Below are positions 9,197-18,836 of a stretch of DNA of 64,000 bases, one piece after another. The notes under the pieces were generated by a model, which was not told the DNA's origin, did no database searches, and was given only the letters and a program-made list of their open reading frames with translations. The first letter of the stretch is position 1, and the number at the start of each line of letters is the position of its first letter. Position numbers and translations under genes: made by a program. This DNA comes from a virus (lineage: Duplodnaviria; Caudoviricetes), in IMG/VR virus record IMGVR_UViG_3300028591_000075, positions 160,001-224,000 of that record. One strand, 5' to 3'.

Positions 9197-12100
9197 ATGA
9201 ACGACACGATGTACAAGTTGACCAAGCAGATTGACGCGCTTACATACAATTCCCGCGCAGTGCTTAATGCGCTGGTACGGTCTTGCATCGCGGCTGGCTC
9301 TTCAAATGGGTTCACCGTTAAACGGTACGGGGATGAGCTGACCTTGGATAGGACGGACATCTTCCGCCTCTATGACTTCTATCAGAGTTGGGCAAACGGT
9401 ACCTATGGTTATGACCCGTTTACGTCCGTTCCTGATGAATTTGATGACATTCTTGCCAAGTGCAATGCAAAGTGGAAGGGTGATGAGGAACTGGTTACCA
9501 AGGCCGTCGTGACCCATTCCAAGATCCTGTACCTGGTGTCTACCAACAAGAGCGAGACCGGTTCCGATTATTGGCTCGGCCTTATCCGTGATTCTTCGTC
9601 CCCGAAACTCATTACCAATTCGGCCCCGATTCCCCTGAACCTGAGAACCCCACTATACGATGCCGACCTCTCGACCAAGAGCTTCTCGCAGCATGAGACC
9701 TACCTGTTCCCTAGTGGATACAACAAGATTTCCATTACCGGCATGCCCGGTGATGGTGAAGACCATGTTGGCGGTGGCAAGAGCTGGTTCTGGGATATTG
9801 ACGAATCGTTTGAGGTGACTGCTCCCCGTATCCTCCTTGGGTACCATTCCAACCCGCAGCGCCGTGTGGAGAACTACCGTGGCAAGTACAGCATGAGTTT
9901 CGGTTACGAGACCTATGCCCTCGGCGAACGTTCTGTCGCCCTCGGTGGCCTGGACAATATCGCCTATGGCACTAACAGTGCTGTCATCGGAGGTACCAGG
10001 AACCTCGCCATCGGCACAAATTCCATGGTCGCCTGTGGTTATGTCAATACAACCGTCGGTCCAGACTCGGTCGGCTTCGGCTACATGGTGAATGCCATCG
10101 GACCTTATTCCATGGCCGGCAACCAGCGTGGTAATGCCGGTGATTTTGCGTACGACTTTACCATCGAGGAGCCGGAAACCAACGGCAAGATGGTGGATTG
10201 CGAGGTCATCAAGGACACGAAGACCGGCGTGTGCATGACTACCGATGGTAGTTCCAGCTTCACTTCCGGTGATGGGCGCAATACTGTTAGGATTGCGTAC
10301 TCTACCCTGGTCACAAACGGATTCTGGAGCCTCAACATCGGCATCGGCGATACCGTGGTCATCTTTGCACAGAAGCGCAAGGAAGACGGCAAGGTATATG
10401 CATCTACCGATGAGAACGGATACACGTTTGCCCCGTTGTACTTCAAGGTGACCAATGTCAGCCGTGACAACGGTGACTTCCTGGTTCAACTCAGTGGGGC
10501 CATTCCGAAGGGCGAAACGTTCCTTTCCCTCTGGGAATACGGCGGAAAGATTGCCCGGTACACGAGAACCGTTCGCAACATGAACTACCTCGGTGTGCAG
10601 GGTGAGAACATCACCTACCAGCCGGGCATTGCTTCCAATGCACTGAACTTCAATACGTTTACCCCAGGTTCCAACCAGACCGCTGTCGGTCAGATGAACT
10701 ACGGCGACATCGATGCCAAGTTCATGGTAGGTATCGGTTCGTCCTATGTCGGGAACAAGGCGTTCCGCCGCAACGGTCTTGCCGTTGCACAGGGTTATAG
10801 CTACATGCAGACTGCCGACCAGACCGCCGGTATCGGTGTGAGCTGCGGTCGTGCATTTAGGACTTATGACGCTTGCTTCACGGCACAGGGTGCATGGATG
10901 CGCCACAGTTCCAGTAGTCTGGGCTACACCGGCTATGCCATTGCCAATGACAGCCGCACCGAAATCGGTCTTTACAAGATGGGTACACGTACCGAGGACA
11001 GCCAGTTGACGTTCGTTAGGACTGGTTCCAGCTACCTGTCCGCGAACTACGACGTGACGACCTGTCTGGAAACTCGCGCCGGCACGATGGTCATCTGCGC
11101 CGGTAGCTACACTGGTGCAGCGCATACCTATGACGTTCTCCTGCAGCAGGGCCCGTTGCGTCCTACTGATGGCAACAAGGGCCTTGCAATCTATTCGGAA
11201 GACGGCATGGAGCTCCGTAATACCGATGAACGGTTCACCATGTCCTTCGAGAATAGTGGTTACATCTCGGCGAAGTTCAAGGGATTGTTCCTTTCGGGAA
11301 ATACCTGGGGCGCACTTACTGCGACGGATGATTCCCGTTCGTTCTGGGTGTACCATAACGCCAATAACAACTACAATACTCCGTTCAGTACCAGCGGTCA
11401 CTGTGTTGACTACCCGAACACCATTGCTTACAGTGGTTTCTTCTATGCACAGAACGACTGGAGTGCCGGTAATACTCCGTCCGCTGGCCGCGTGAACCTG
11501 CCTAGCAGGGTAAGGGGTAGCTGGGAAATTCATCAGGGTCGTGGTTTCCACATCATCAACTCCGCAGTTTCTTATGTCAACAGCTCCAACGAGCGTGGCT
11601 TTGATGTGTCTTGCCTTGTTCTTCCGGGCCAGGTCAAGGCTGACGAGGTTAGCGATCCGCCACATCCGAAGTTCATCAACTCGTTCATCTACGGTACGGG
11701 CAACGGCGGTGTCATGCCGCGTGAAACCTATGTCGCGGAAGAACTGGCCTACCTTACTGACGTGGAGAATGCCAAGCCGGCATCGTATGTGTCCTACATC
11801 GCTTCGAGCACGGTTTCGAAGTTCTTCTACCGTTTGCTCGACATGCAGCCGAGTTCTGGTGCGGATATGTTCCCGTTGCCGAGATTCAACAATACCAAAC
11901 CTTGGACCGAAGGCAAGGTATTGTCCGGAACCGCGGCCAACATGGATGAGTATTTCGGTCATCTGAAGGATTCTCCGCAGCCGTTTACCTTGATGCAAGC
12001 ACAGAACGCCAGTGGCATTCCGCATATTCGTGCACCGTATGACCATAACGCTAGTATCGCGATCCATAGGTTTGGGCCGGTTGTCTCGTGCAGCCTGAAT

Positions 12101-12382
12101 CTCAGGTTCCCCGATACTGCTGACAATAAGTATGTTGAATACTTGGTTGTGGCCTCCAATATGCCGGCAGTATCGCTCGGTACTTACGGTAGTATTGTTC
12201 TAAGTGGTTCCGGAACGAATGGTGTATCGGTAACGTGTACCGTGTCGAAGACCATCTCTGCCGAATATAGCATCCTAGACAACAAGTACAATTCGGACAA
12301 CATGTATCAATTCTTGGTAAGGAACCCGAACGGATTGACGAAATGTACCGTGCCGATTACACTCATGGGGGTTATTAGCTAA
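9197..12382 (+). CDS. Tail fibre/spike protein with YadA-head-like repeats, 1061 aa
   Basis: Roughly 14-aa repeats (SMSFGYETYALGERSVALGGLDNIAYGTNSAVIGG...) and the 'QTAVGQMN...FMVGIG' motif typical of adhesin-like fibres. Confidence 0.65.
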   Translation: MNDTMYKLTKQIDALTYNSRAVLNALVRSCIAAGSSNGFTVKRYGDELTLDRTDIFRLYDFYQSWANGTYGYDPFTSVPDEFDDILAKCNAKWKGDEELVTKAVVTHSKILYLVSTNKSETGSDYWLGLIRDSSSPKLITNSAPIPLNLRTPLYDADLSTKSFSQHETYLFPSGYNKISITGMPGDGEDHVGGGKSWFWDIDESFEVTAPRILLGYHSNPQRRVENYRGKYSMSFGYETYALGERSVALGGLDNIAYGTNSAVIGGTRNLAIGTNSMVACGYVNTTVGPDSVGFGYMVNAIGPYSMAGNQRGNAGDFAYDFTIEEPETNGKMVDCEVIKDTKTGVCMTTDGSSSFTSGDGRNTVRIAYSTLVTNGFWSLNIGIGDTVVIFAQKRKEDGKVYASTDENGYTFAPLYFKVTNVSRDNGDFLVQLSGAIPKGETFLSLWEYGGKIARYTRTVRNMNYLGVQGENITYQPGIASNALNFNTFTPGSNQTAVGQMNYGDIDAKFMVGIGSSYVGNKAFRRNGLAVAQGYSYMQTADQTAGIGVSCGRAFRTYDACFTAQGAWMRHSSSSLGYTGYAIANDSRTEIGLYKMGTRTEDSQLTFVRTGSSYLSANYDVTTCLETRAGTMVICAGSYTGAAHTYDVLLQQGPLRPTDGNKGLAIYSEDGMELRNTDERFTMSFENSGYISAKFKGLFLSGNTWGALTATDDSRSFWVYHNANNNYNTPFSTSGHCVDYPNTIAYSGFFYAQNDWSAGNTPSAGRVNLPSRVRGSWEIHQGRGFHIINSAVSYVNSSNERGFDVSCLVLPGQVKADEVSDPPHPKFINSFIYGTGNGGVMPRETYVAEELAYLTDVENAKPASYVSYIASSTVSKFFYRLLDMQPSSGADMFPLPRFNNTKPWTEGKVLSGTAANMDEYFGHLKDSPQPFTLMQAQNASGIPHIRAPYDHNASIAIHRFGPVVSCSLNLRFPDTADNKYVEYLVVASNMPAVSLGTYGSIVLSGSGTNGVSVTCTVSKTISAEYSILDNKYNSDNMYQFLVRNPNGLTKCTVPITLMGVIS

Positions 12383-14310
12383 TGGCTACCCAGCAAGTCA
12401 ATATACGGGACATCAACCCGTTGGAACATCTTACGGCTGACCTTGCCAAGGCAAGGTTCAACTACGAATCCATGCTCAATGGTTTGGTCGAGTGGAACAA
12501 CAGCAAGCTGAAGAATGTGACCGTCCGCCTCATGTGCGACACGGACCCTGGCTTCGTTGACTATACGTTCCCTTCAAAACTGGGTTCGGAAAATCTCGGC
12601 ATCAACGTGGCCGACCCGGATTCTACCGAGGATACATATTCGTACACGCAGAGGTACGAAGTGTCCGCGATGGCCTCCGAGGACCCGTTGCTCAATGACC
12701 GTCTCGATATCCGCACCACGGTTACCGAAGGCGCCGATGCCTCCTGGAAACTCTGTGCCGGTGTTGCCATTTACGACGAGGAATACGCACACACGGTTTG
12801 GAGCTACACGGGTGAAACCGATGACGGCCTAGTGATGCACGCCTCTGATGGTGGAAGCGACATGGCCGTGGATGAAATCATTGGGAACATTCTTCTCGAA
12901 GATGGCCCAGATGCTTCCTCCGATTACGTGAAGGGTCAGTTCATCCGCATCACGATTCCAATGTACGGCGTTTCCTATATGCGCTGGGCTAACAAGAACA
13001 TCGTAGCGGGAGATGCAATATCTGACACGAATACCGAAAAGGTATTCAGCCAGTGGACACTTCGCGACATGGCCAAGTACACATCCGAGGATGCGGCCAG
13101 CCATGTTCATGTGATTTACAACCACAAGGTGTATCGTCCGACTGGTACGATTGCCAGGCTGTCCCCGGATAACGAGAACAGCGGTTGGGAATACCTGTGT
13201 GACGAGTTTTATTTGGAAGACGGAGAGACGTTCCCGTTGAAGCACGGGAAGATGTATCTGTATGCGCCAGCCGGCAACTACGAGTATGCCGAACTGTTCA
13301 TCTATAACGGTTCTGACACCTTGTACGGGTACCCTCCGTATGAGCTGGAACTGACAGATAGCGGCATCAACCGTATCTACAATGATGGCTGGGTACATCC
13401 GTCTGTCATTCTGCTCCCGATTACCTCTGACTTCACCAAGACCAATTCCGTCCGCTGGACTGTTCCTACCGATATCGAATCAGTGGTGCTTCTCCGTACC
13501 AGTGACGGTGACCTCAGCAAGATGCCAGAAGTGCGCGTCTTGCCAACGGTTAGGGTAGTTGGTGGCACGACTGAGGATAATGGCGGTCTCTACATTTTCG
13601 ATACGTCGAACTATGCCGAATGGCCTGGAACTACTCCGAAATGGACAATGGGTCATAACTATTACACCGATCCTAATCTCGGCGTGAAGGACACCCAGAA
13701 CTACACCGCCACGATGATTATCGACCATGCCAACCCGAACTGCAAACAGTGCAACATCGTGAACTACGATGGTCCTGACCTTGACCAGGGCCTGGCAATT
13801 TATCTACCGGTTGAGTCTACGGTAGATGGCAAGATTGTGTATCCGAAGAACGGACGCACATTCGAGTTCCTGTTCCGTATATGGCCCAATGCCGCGCTCA
13901 ATGGACATGAGACGGCCGACCTTATCATTAACAAGGCGCAAATTTACGTGTATAGCGTACCTGAGCGAAAGAATATCTCATGTCACGGTGCACCCATTGC
14001 CAAGTTCAGCATGGCACGCCTCACCACGTTCTACGTGTTCTCGGAGAATATTGCAGTTCCCAATCGTCCTGTGCTCTATAAGGCAAAATTCGTCTATTCG
14101 GCTGACGAGAAGGTTTGGAAGACGTATGGATATTATCAGATACCGGACTGCATCTTCCTCTCGCCTGGTGGTTTCGTCGATCCTTCCAAGCGTTCGAATG
14201 ATTCCTACGGGGTGGAGACCGCAGGTTTCCCGCTGGTACAGGACCCGTTCTCCAATTACGATATGTCGCCTGTGATGGTTGACGATGAATTCCGCAACAG
14301 GATAGGATAG
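12382..14310 (+). CDS. Virion structural protein (baseplate/fibre-associated), 642 aa
   Basis: Translationally coupled (TAATG). Shares an N-terminal motif with 9197 and C-terminal motifs with 14316. Confidence 0.55.
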   Translation: MATQQVNIRDINPLEHLTADLAKARFNYESMLNGLVEWNNSKLKNVTVRLMCDTDPGFVDYTFPSKLGSENLGINVADPDSTEDTYSYTQRYEVSAMASEDPLLNDRLDIRTTVTEGADASWKLCAGVAIYDEEYAHTVWSYTGETDDGLVMHASDGGSDMAVDEIIGNILLEDGPDASSDYVKGQFIRITIPMYGVSYMRWANKNIVAGDAISDTNTEKVFSQWTLRDMAKYTSEDAASHVHVIYNHKVYRPTGTIARLSPDNENSGWEYLCDEFYLEDGETFPLKHGKMYLYAPAGNYEYAELFIYNGSDTLYGYPPYELELTDSGINRIYNDGWVHPSVILLPITSDFTKTNSVRWTVPTDIESVVLLRTSDGDLSKMPEVRVLPTVRVVGGTTEDNGGLYIFDTSNYAEWPGTTPKWTMGHNYYTDPNLGVKDTQNYTATMIIDHANPNCKQCNIVNYDGPDLDQGLAIYLPVESTVDGKIVYPKNGRTFEFLFRIWPNAALNGHETADLIINKAQIYVYSVPERKNISCHGAPIAKFSMARLTTFYVFSENIAVPNRPVLYKAKFVYSADEKVWKTYGYYQIPDCIFLSPGGFVDPSKRSNDSYGVETAGFPLVQDPFSNYDMSPVMVDDEFRNRIG

Positions 14311-14315
14311 AAACG

Positions 14316-17300
14316 ATGGATTATACGGTTGAGGACAAAACAGGGATACAGGAATATGTGACCCATCGCCCATTGGGGCATTCGGAGGCCGTTGCCACCG
14401 ATGAGCATGGCGTATATCCGGTAAACCCTATTGGGTTCCCGTATGTCAATACTTGTGACGATGATGTCGAATGCCTAAGTAAGGGCAACCCGGAATTTCC
14501 GCAAGGAAAGAACTTTGGTGTATCCTGGGACAGCTTGCGTCCGGAAGGTATAAACCCTGCCGTCGTTTCCACTAATGTAGCGGAATTGAACGGTCTTGGG
14601 CTTACGGTTCCGGTTGAAATCCTCAGGACGGAATCCTTTGGCGACACTGAACAGGTCTATACGATAACCGTTTCCGGGAACATCAGAAACCTGCTCGACC
14701 CGGACCCGAATATGGGCGTGTCCCGGCATCGTTTCTATTTGGCTGATGCCGGGTTTGAGAAGTATTCCATCACCAAATTGGTTGGTGAAGATGATGCACC
14801 GGTATATTACTCTGCGACGAATACTGCCTTGGATGATAACGGCAATACCGTAATTACATTTGAGGCCTCGGACGCTACAGTTAGGGGAACTATCGGGCCC
14901 ATGCGTCTCAATCTCGTGGTTGATATGGAAACCGGGGAATACATTCTTCTCACCGGTCAGAAAGTTAAGGGCGAAAATGGACTGTACCTCGTGCAGGACG
15001 ATATTTGGCCACGTCTGGCCCCAGTCACCTGGTATGACGGTAGCGAACAACTGTCCGCTTATTGTGACTGCCACATTACAGATGAGAATGCGGAAGAAGG
15101 TGACGACACGTGTGAAGGATACAATGGTGGGAAAAATCCATATTGCAGCATCGCGTCTTTGGACAACTCCCCGACCTGTGGACATTACCGTCATGGATAC
15201 AGTGACCGCGAGGTTGCCGAGGAAGTCATGGCACGTTGCGGTAGCATCATCGAGAATGCCATTCATCCGATGTCGGTTGCCGGTGACCTTGCTGGTGCAG
15301 GCCGCATGACAAAGTGGTTCGTTGAATGTGGAAAAGTCAACCTCGGCGGTTCCAGCAACGGTGGTCGACAGGTAGTGATTGATGGGTTTGGGCTCGGTGG
15401 TGCTTATAGTGGCGAATGCACTTACGGTAGCCAGTGTGGTGGGATCCATAAACGGACCGAAGCTTCCGATGGTGAGACTGAACGCCCATGGCTAGTCTTT
15501 GCGATAGGTGCTCGCCGCCCAGAAGATGATCCCGAAGTGGTATTGCCTTATGACTGGCCATTTTCGAATGTAAGCGATTATGCCGGGGACGAAAATGACA
15601 ACAACATTACCCTGATAAAGAACGCAGTGACTTTGACCGACGATTCCACAGTTGGTGGGTTGGAAACCGATATCTATGCGAAATGTGAAAAATGCGATGG
15701 CACCGGTGAATTTGATGGCCATGTCTGTCCGGTGTGTGATGGTGATGGGGAAGTTTTTGTCAGCCACAGTTTGGCAAACAGGATACATCTTTGTGTAAAC
15801 AATGATTTTCAGACAAAGAATGGTTCATTGGTATTCAAAAAGACCTACGTGCATTTGCCTGCTCCGATTGATACCAAGGATGGCGAAGAATATGAAATTA
15901 CCGTATCGATGCCTACATTCAATACGGAAGAAGCGTTTAGCGACCTGAGTCCAATCGATGCACAACGTGCCTACTATGCGTTCATTTCGCAGCCGCGTGT
16001 TATCGTCATGGGCGGCTACTGGAAGTTCAGTGATACCAATTTAACTTGGAGTCTTCCGCTCGATGCAAAGCCAAAAACGGATGGTTTCATTATTCCTTCC
16101 GAAGAAGGCATTCGTGACAAGGAAGGTAAACTGCTTCCGGTTGGTACCAAGCTACGGTTTACGTTCGACGGTGGCAATAACTGCCCTCGCTATGCGGACA
16201 TGAATGGTACATTGTTGGTAAATCAGTCGGGACTGGTAAGAATCGGCGATTTGGCCAATTATCCATATGGAAATCGTCTCCGTGATCGTCATTTCAGAAT
16301 ATGCGGCATGGCATACCTTGATCGTTATGACAAGGAACAGGCTGAACTGAACAATTACTGCAAAACCCCTCTTGGATTGCATTCCAGAAACGATGTTACG
16401 CTCGGCGAGGATATGGGTACCGGCGGTGAACAGTCGTTGAACCACATGAACAAGTTCATCGCCCCCATCGAAACGGATGAAGTGCGACCAGGTCGAGACT
16501 ACGTGACCGAGAAGGATGCCCGCCAAGTTCTGGCTACCGTGTACCCGACGACTACCAGCACGTTCCCGTGGTCAATGGTCGGACGTAACAAGTTGAGACA
16601 TCTTGATGAACTGATGACTGACGAATGGGACCTTGGGCAGCATTCTGTTTCCAAACTAATATGGAAATCTAATAGGGATGTTCTCAACAGAACTGATACG
16701 GTGGCATTCTTTGGTTATGGCGCCGGCAAGTTTAAGTTCTCTTCCGATTCGATGCCGCTTCGCTATGCGGTTGAGAATGTCGATGCCGATGTATCGGTGA
16801 TAGGTGCCCAGTTGCGTGTGACCATTCCTACGGATAATACCTTCCCGGTGTCCGCACAGCCGGTGCGTCAAGCCAGAAAGGCCGCCAAGATGCTATGCGA
16901 GGATTTCCAGAAGCTGCGCATGTACCATGGCTCGCTACCCGGTCTGTCCGGCAGTTCCTTGTTGCGGTATTCAGACGATGGCATCGATACTCCGTTGAAT
17001 AGTGGTAAATTCAATGATTGGTGGCTTGATTCCACGTCGGAAAAACCTTCCGAACCGGTTAAGGAGAACGATGTTGCAAGTGCGGCATGGCTTATAAAGG
17101 CACGGCATTTGCCAAAATACATTATCACGTCCGGGATGGACGAATATAGCGATATGAACTCGTTGGTTGGGTTCGATCCATTTGTCGACACGAATGTGGG
17201 TGGCCGTTATGCCAAGAACCCGTATGGCAACACTGAATACGAGACTTCTGATGCCACCGACAACATACCCTGTACCGAACGTATATACGGAAATCCGGCT

Positions 17301-18836
17301 GCATATGGCTTCCGTAGCATCATTACGGCACGTATTGAAAGCGATGCGGACGCTGTCCGTCACGAGATGTATCACGATGCCCTTAGGGCAACTGAGTTGC
17401 AACATGTGGCCCTCGATGAACATTTCAACCCAGTCGAACCGTATAGCTACCTAGTGTCCTCGACCGATTACGAGAAATGGATGGACATATTCTCCGCTAC
17501 GGCGAACGTGTTTTCAATCGATACTGTTCCGACCACCGGAAACGTTGATATGTCCGAATTTGCCAATCTGCATCCTGAACAGTATCCAATTATATCCGGC
17601 GATCCGTTCGTAATGTATCTCATCCTGAATTCCGACAAAATTGCCGGCCTGGATACGGTAAGCGACAACCTTCCGTTCTATGACAGCGAGTTCCCCAAGT
17701 CGGATGCGCTGACTAGCATGCTGCGTAATTTTGTCACCCCGTATAGTTCCAAGATGGCACTCAGGTGGTGGGATTCGCATCGTATCGCTTTCCCTGTTTC
17801 GGGAAATATCAGTGACTATGAGTCCAACTTCACATATAGGTCTAGGCTTGAATGGCCAGAAGCCGAATGTGACGGTGGACTGGGTGCAGATGTGCGCAGT
17901 GCCATGGTGAACGATACGTTCATATCTAGGTCAGCCAGGAGCAATATCCTAGACCCGAACTGGAACCGTGTGCTGCTATCCGAGGGAAACACCGTTTACA
18001 TGCACAATAATTGGAGTGCATCTCCAATGAAGGTGGACCGTGCATGGTATAACAGAGTACCCTTTGTCGCAACTGACCGGCGGTTTGTCGGCCCAAGTGG
18101 TTATATCCGCGTCCTCATGAAGTTCAAGTTCTCCGTGCAGGCGGGTAGATGGTACCCGGTGGATTATATACAGGCTCCGATGTCCTACCTGTCCCCGTTG
18201 TATGGCGCCGCTGCCATAGAGGAAAAACTGGACGGAAAACGCATCTGGGTAGAATCCATGTGTGCCCCGTGCGGCGGATGGCAGGAAGCACTGATGCATC
18301 CGTACTTCAAGTACGCACCCATGGATATAAATACTCAGGTTGTTCCCGGACTGATTAGTGGAACCCCAACCGGTGGTGCTGCACAGGAAAACAGTGTTGA
18401 CCTGGAAACGAGTACGACATGTTTGCCGAGATTGGCACGTCCATACATGTCCGTAGCTGGTGGGGGTCTTGGGTTGAGTGCACCTATTGATGTGAACGGT
18501 TCCCGTCCTTCCGATGAAGCCGTTACGGGAATGACACATGCGAACTTCTGGAGCGTAAGGACCCACTTGCGCCCAGCGGTCTCTGCCATGGAAGGCACCG
18601 ACATACCCGGATTCGGATATGTAAACGACGCCAGGGTAATGGACCGCACAGGAGGTGTGATGGGCGATGCCGTCCTGTGGGGACAGTATAGTTTCCCGAA
18701 GAAGGGCATCATTGAATACGGAATTCCCGACGCCCAGCAGGGCGAGGATGATTCCTGGGTCAAGTTAATTTACAGCTATGGTGACGATGTCATCATGTCT
18801 GACGACAGCTATGTTGAGGTAACAGAATGGCAGTAA
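14316..18836 (+). CDS. Large virion structural protein with a DnaJ-type Zn finger, 1506 aa
   Basis: Long ORF in the fibre operon; CEKCDGTG...CPVCDGDG (two CxxCxGxG motifs). Confidence 0.55.
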   Translation: MDYTVEDKTGIQEYVTHRPLGHSEAVATDEHGVYPVNPIGFPYVNTCDDDVECLSKGNPEFPQGKNFGVSWDSLRPEGINPAVVSTNVAELNGLGLTVPVEILRTESFGDTEQVYTITVSGNIRNLLDPDPNMGVSRHRFYLADAGFEKYSITKLVGEDDAPVYYSATNTALDDNGNTVITFEASDATVRGTIGPMRLNLVVDMETGEYILLTGQKVKGENGLYLVQDDIWPRLAPVTWYDGSEQLSAYCDCHITDENAEEGDDTCEGYNGGKNPYCSIASLDNSPTCGHYRHGYSDREVAEEVMARCGSIIENAIHPMSVAGDLAGAGRMTKWFVECGKVNLGGSSNGGRQVVIDGFGLGGAYSGECTYGSQCGGIHKRTEASDGETERPWLVFAIGARRPEDDPEVVLPYDWPFSNVSDYAGDENDNNITLIKNAVTLTDDSTVGGLETDIYAKCEKCDGTGEFDGHVCPVCDGDGEVFVSHSLANRIHLCVNNDFQTKNGSLVFKKTYVHLPAPIDTKDGEEYEITVSMPTFNTEEAFSDLSPIDAQRAYYAFISQPRVIVMGGYWKFSDTNLTWSLPLDAKPKTDGFIIPSEEGIRDKEGKLLPVGTKLRFTFDGGNNCPRYADMNGTLLVNQSGLVRIGDLANYPYGNRLRDRHFRICGMAYLDRYDKEQAELNNYCKTPLGLHSRNDVTLGEDMGTGGEQSLNHMNKFIAPIETDEVRPGRDYVTEKDARQVLATVYPTTTSTFPWSMVGRNKLRHLDELMTDEWDLGQHSVSKLIWKSNRDVLNRTDTVAFFGYGAGKFKFSSDSMPLRYAVENVDADVSVIGAQLRVTIPTDNTFPVSAQPVRQARKAAKMLCEDFQKLRMYHGSLPGLSGSSLLRYSDDGIDTPLNSGKFNDWWLDSTSEKPSEPVKENDVASAAWLIKARHLPKYIITSGMDEYSDMNSLVGFDPFVDTNVGGRYAKNPYGNTEYETSDATDNIPCTERIYGNPAAYGFRSIITARIESDADAVRHEMYHDALRATELQHVALDEHFNPVEPYSYLVSSTDYEKWMDIFSATANVFSIDTVPTTGNVDMSEFANLHPEQYPIISGDPFVMYLILNSDKIAGLDTVSDNLPFYDSEFPKSDALTSMLRNFVTPYSSKMALRWWDSHRIAFPVSGNISDYESNFTYRSRLEWPEAECDGGLGADVRSAMVNDTFISRSARSNILDPNWNRVLLSEGNTVYMHNNWSASPMKVDRAWYNRVPFVATDRRFVGPSGYIRVLMKFKFSVQAGRWYPVDYIQAPMSYLSPLYGAAAIEEKLDGKRIWVESMCAPCGGWQEALMHPYFKYAPMDINTQVVPGLISGTPTGGAAQENSVDLETSTTCLPRLARPYMSVAGGGLGLSAPIDVNGSRPSDEAVTGMTHANFWSVRTHLRPAVSAMEGTDIPGFGYVNDARVMDRTGGVMGDAVLWGQYSFPKKGIIEYGIPDAQQGEDDSWVKLIYSYGDDVIMSDDSYVEVTEWQ

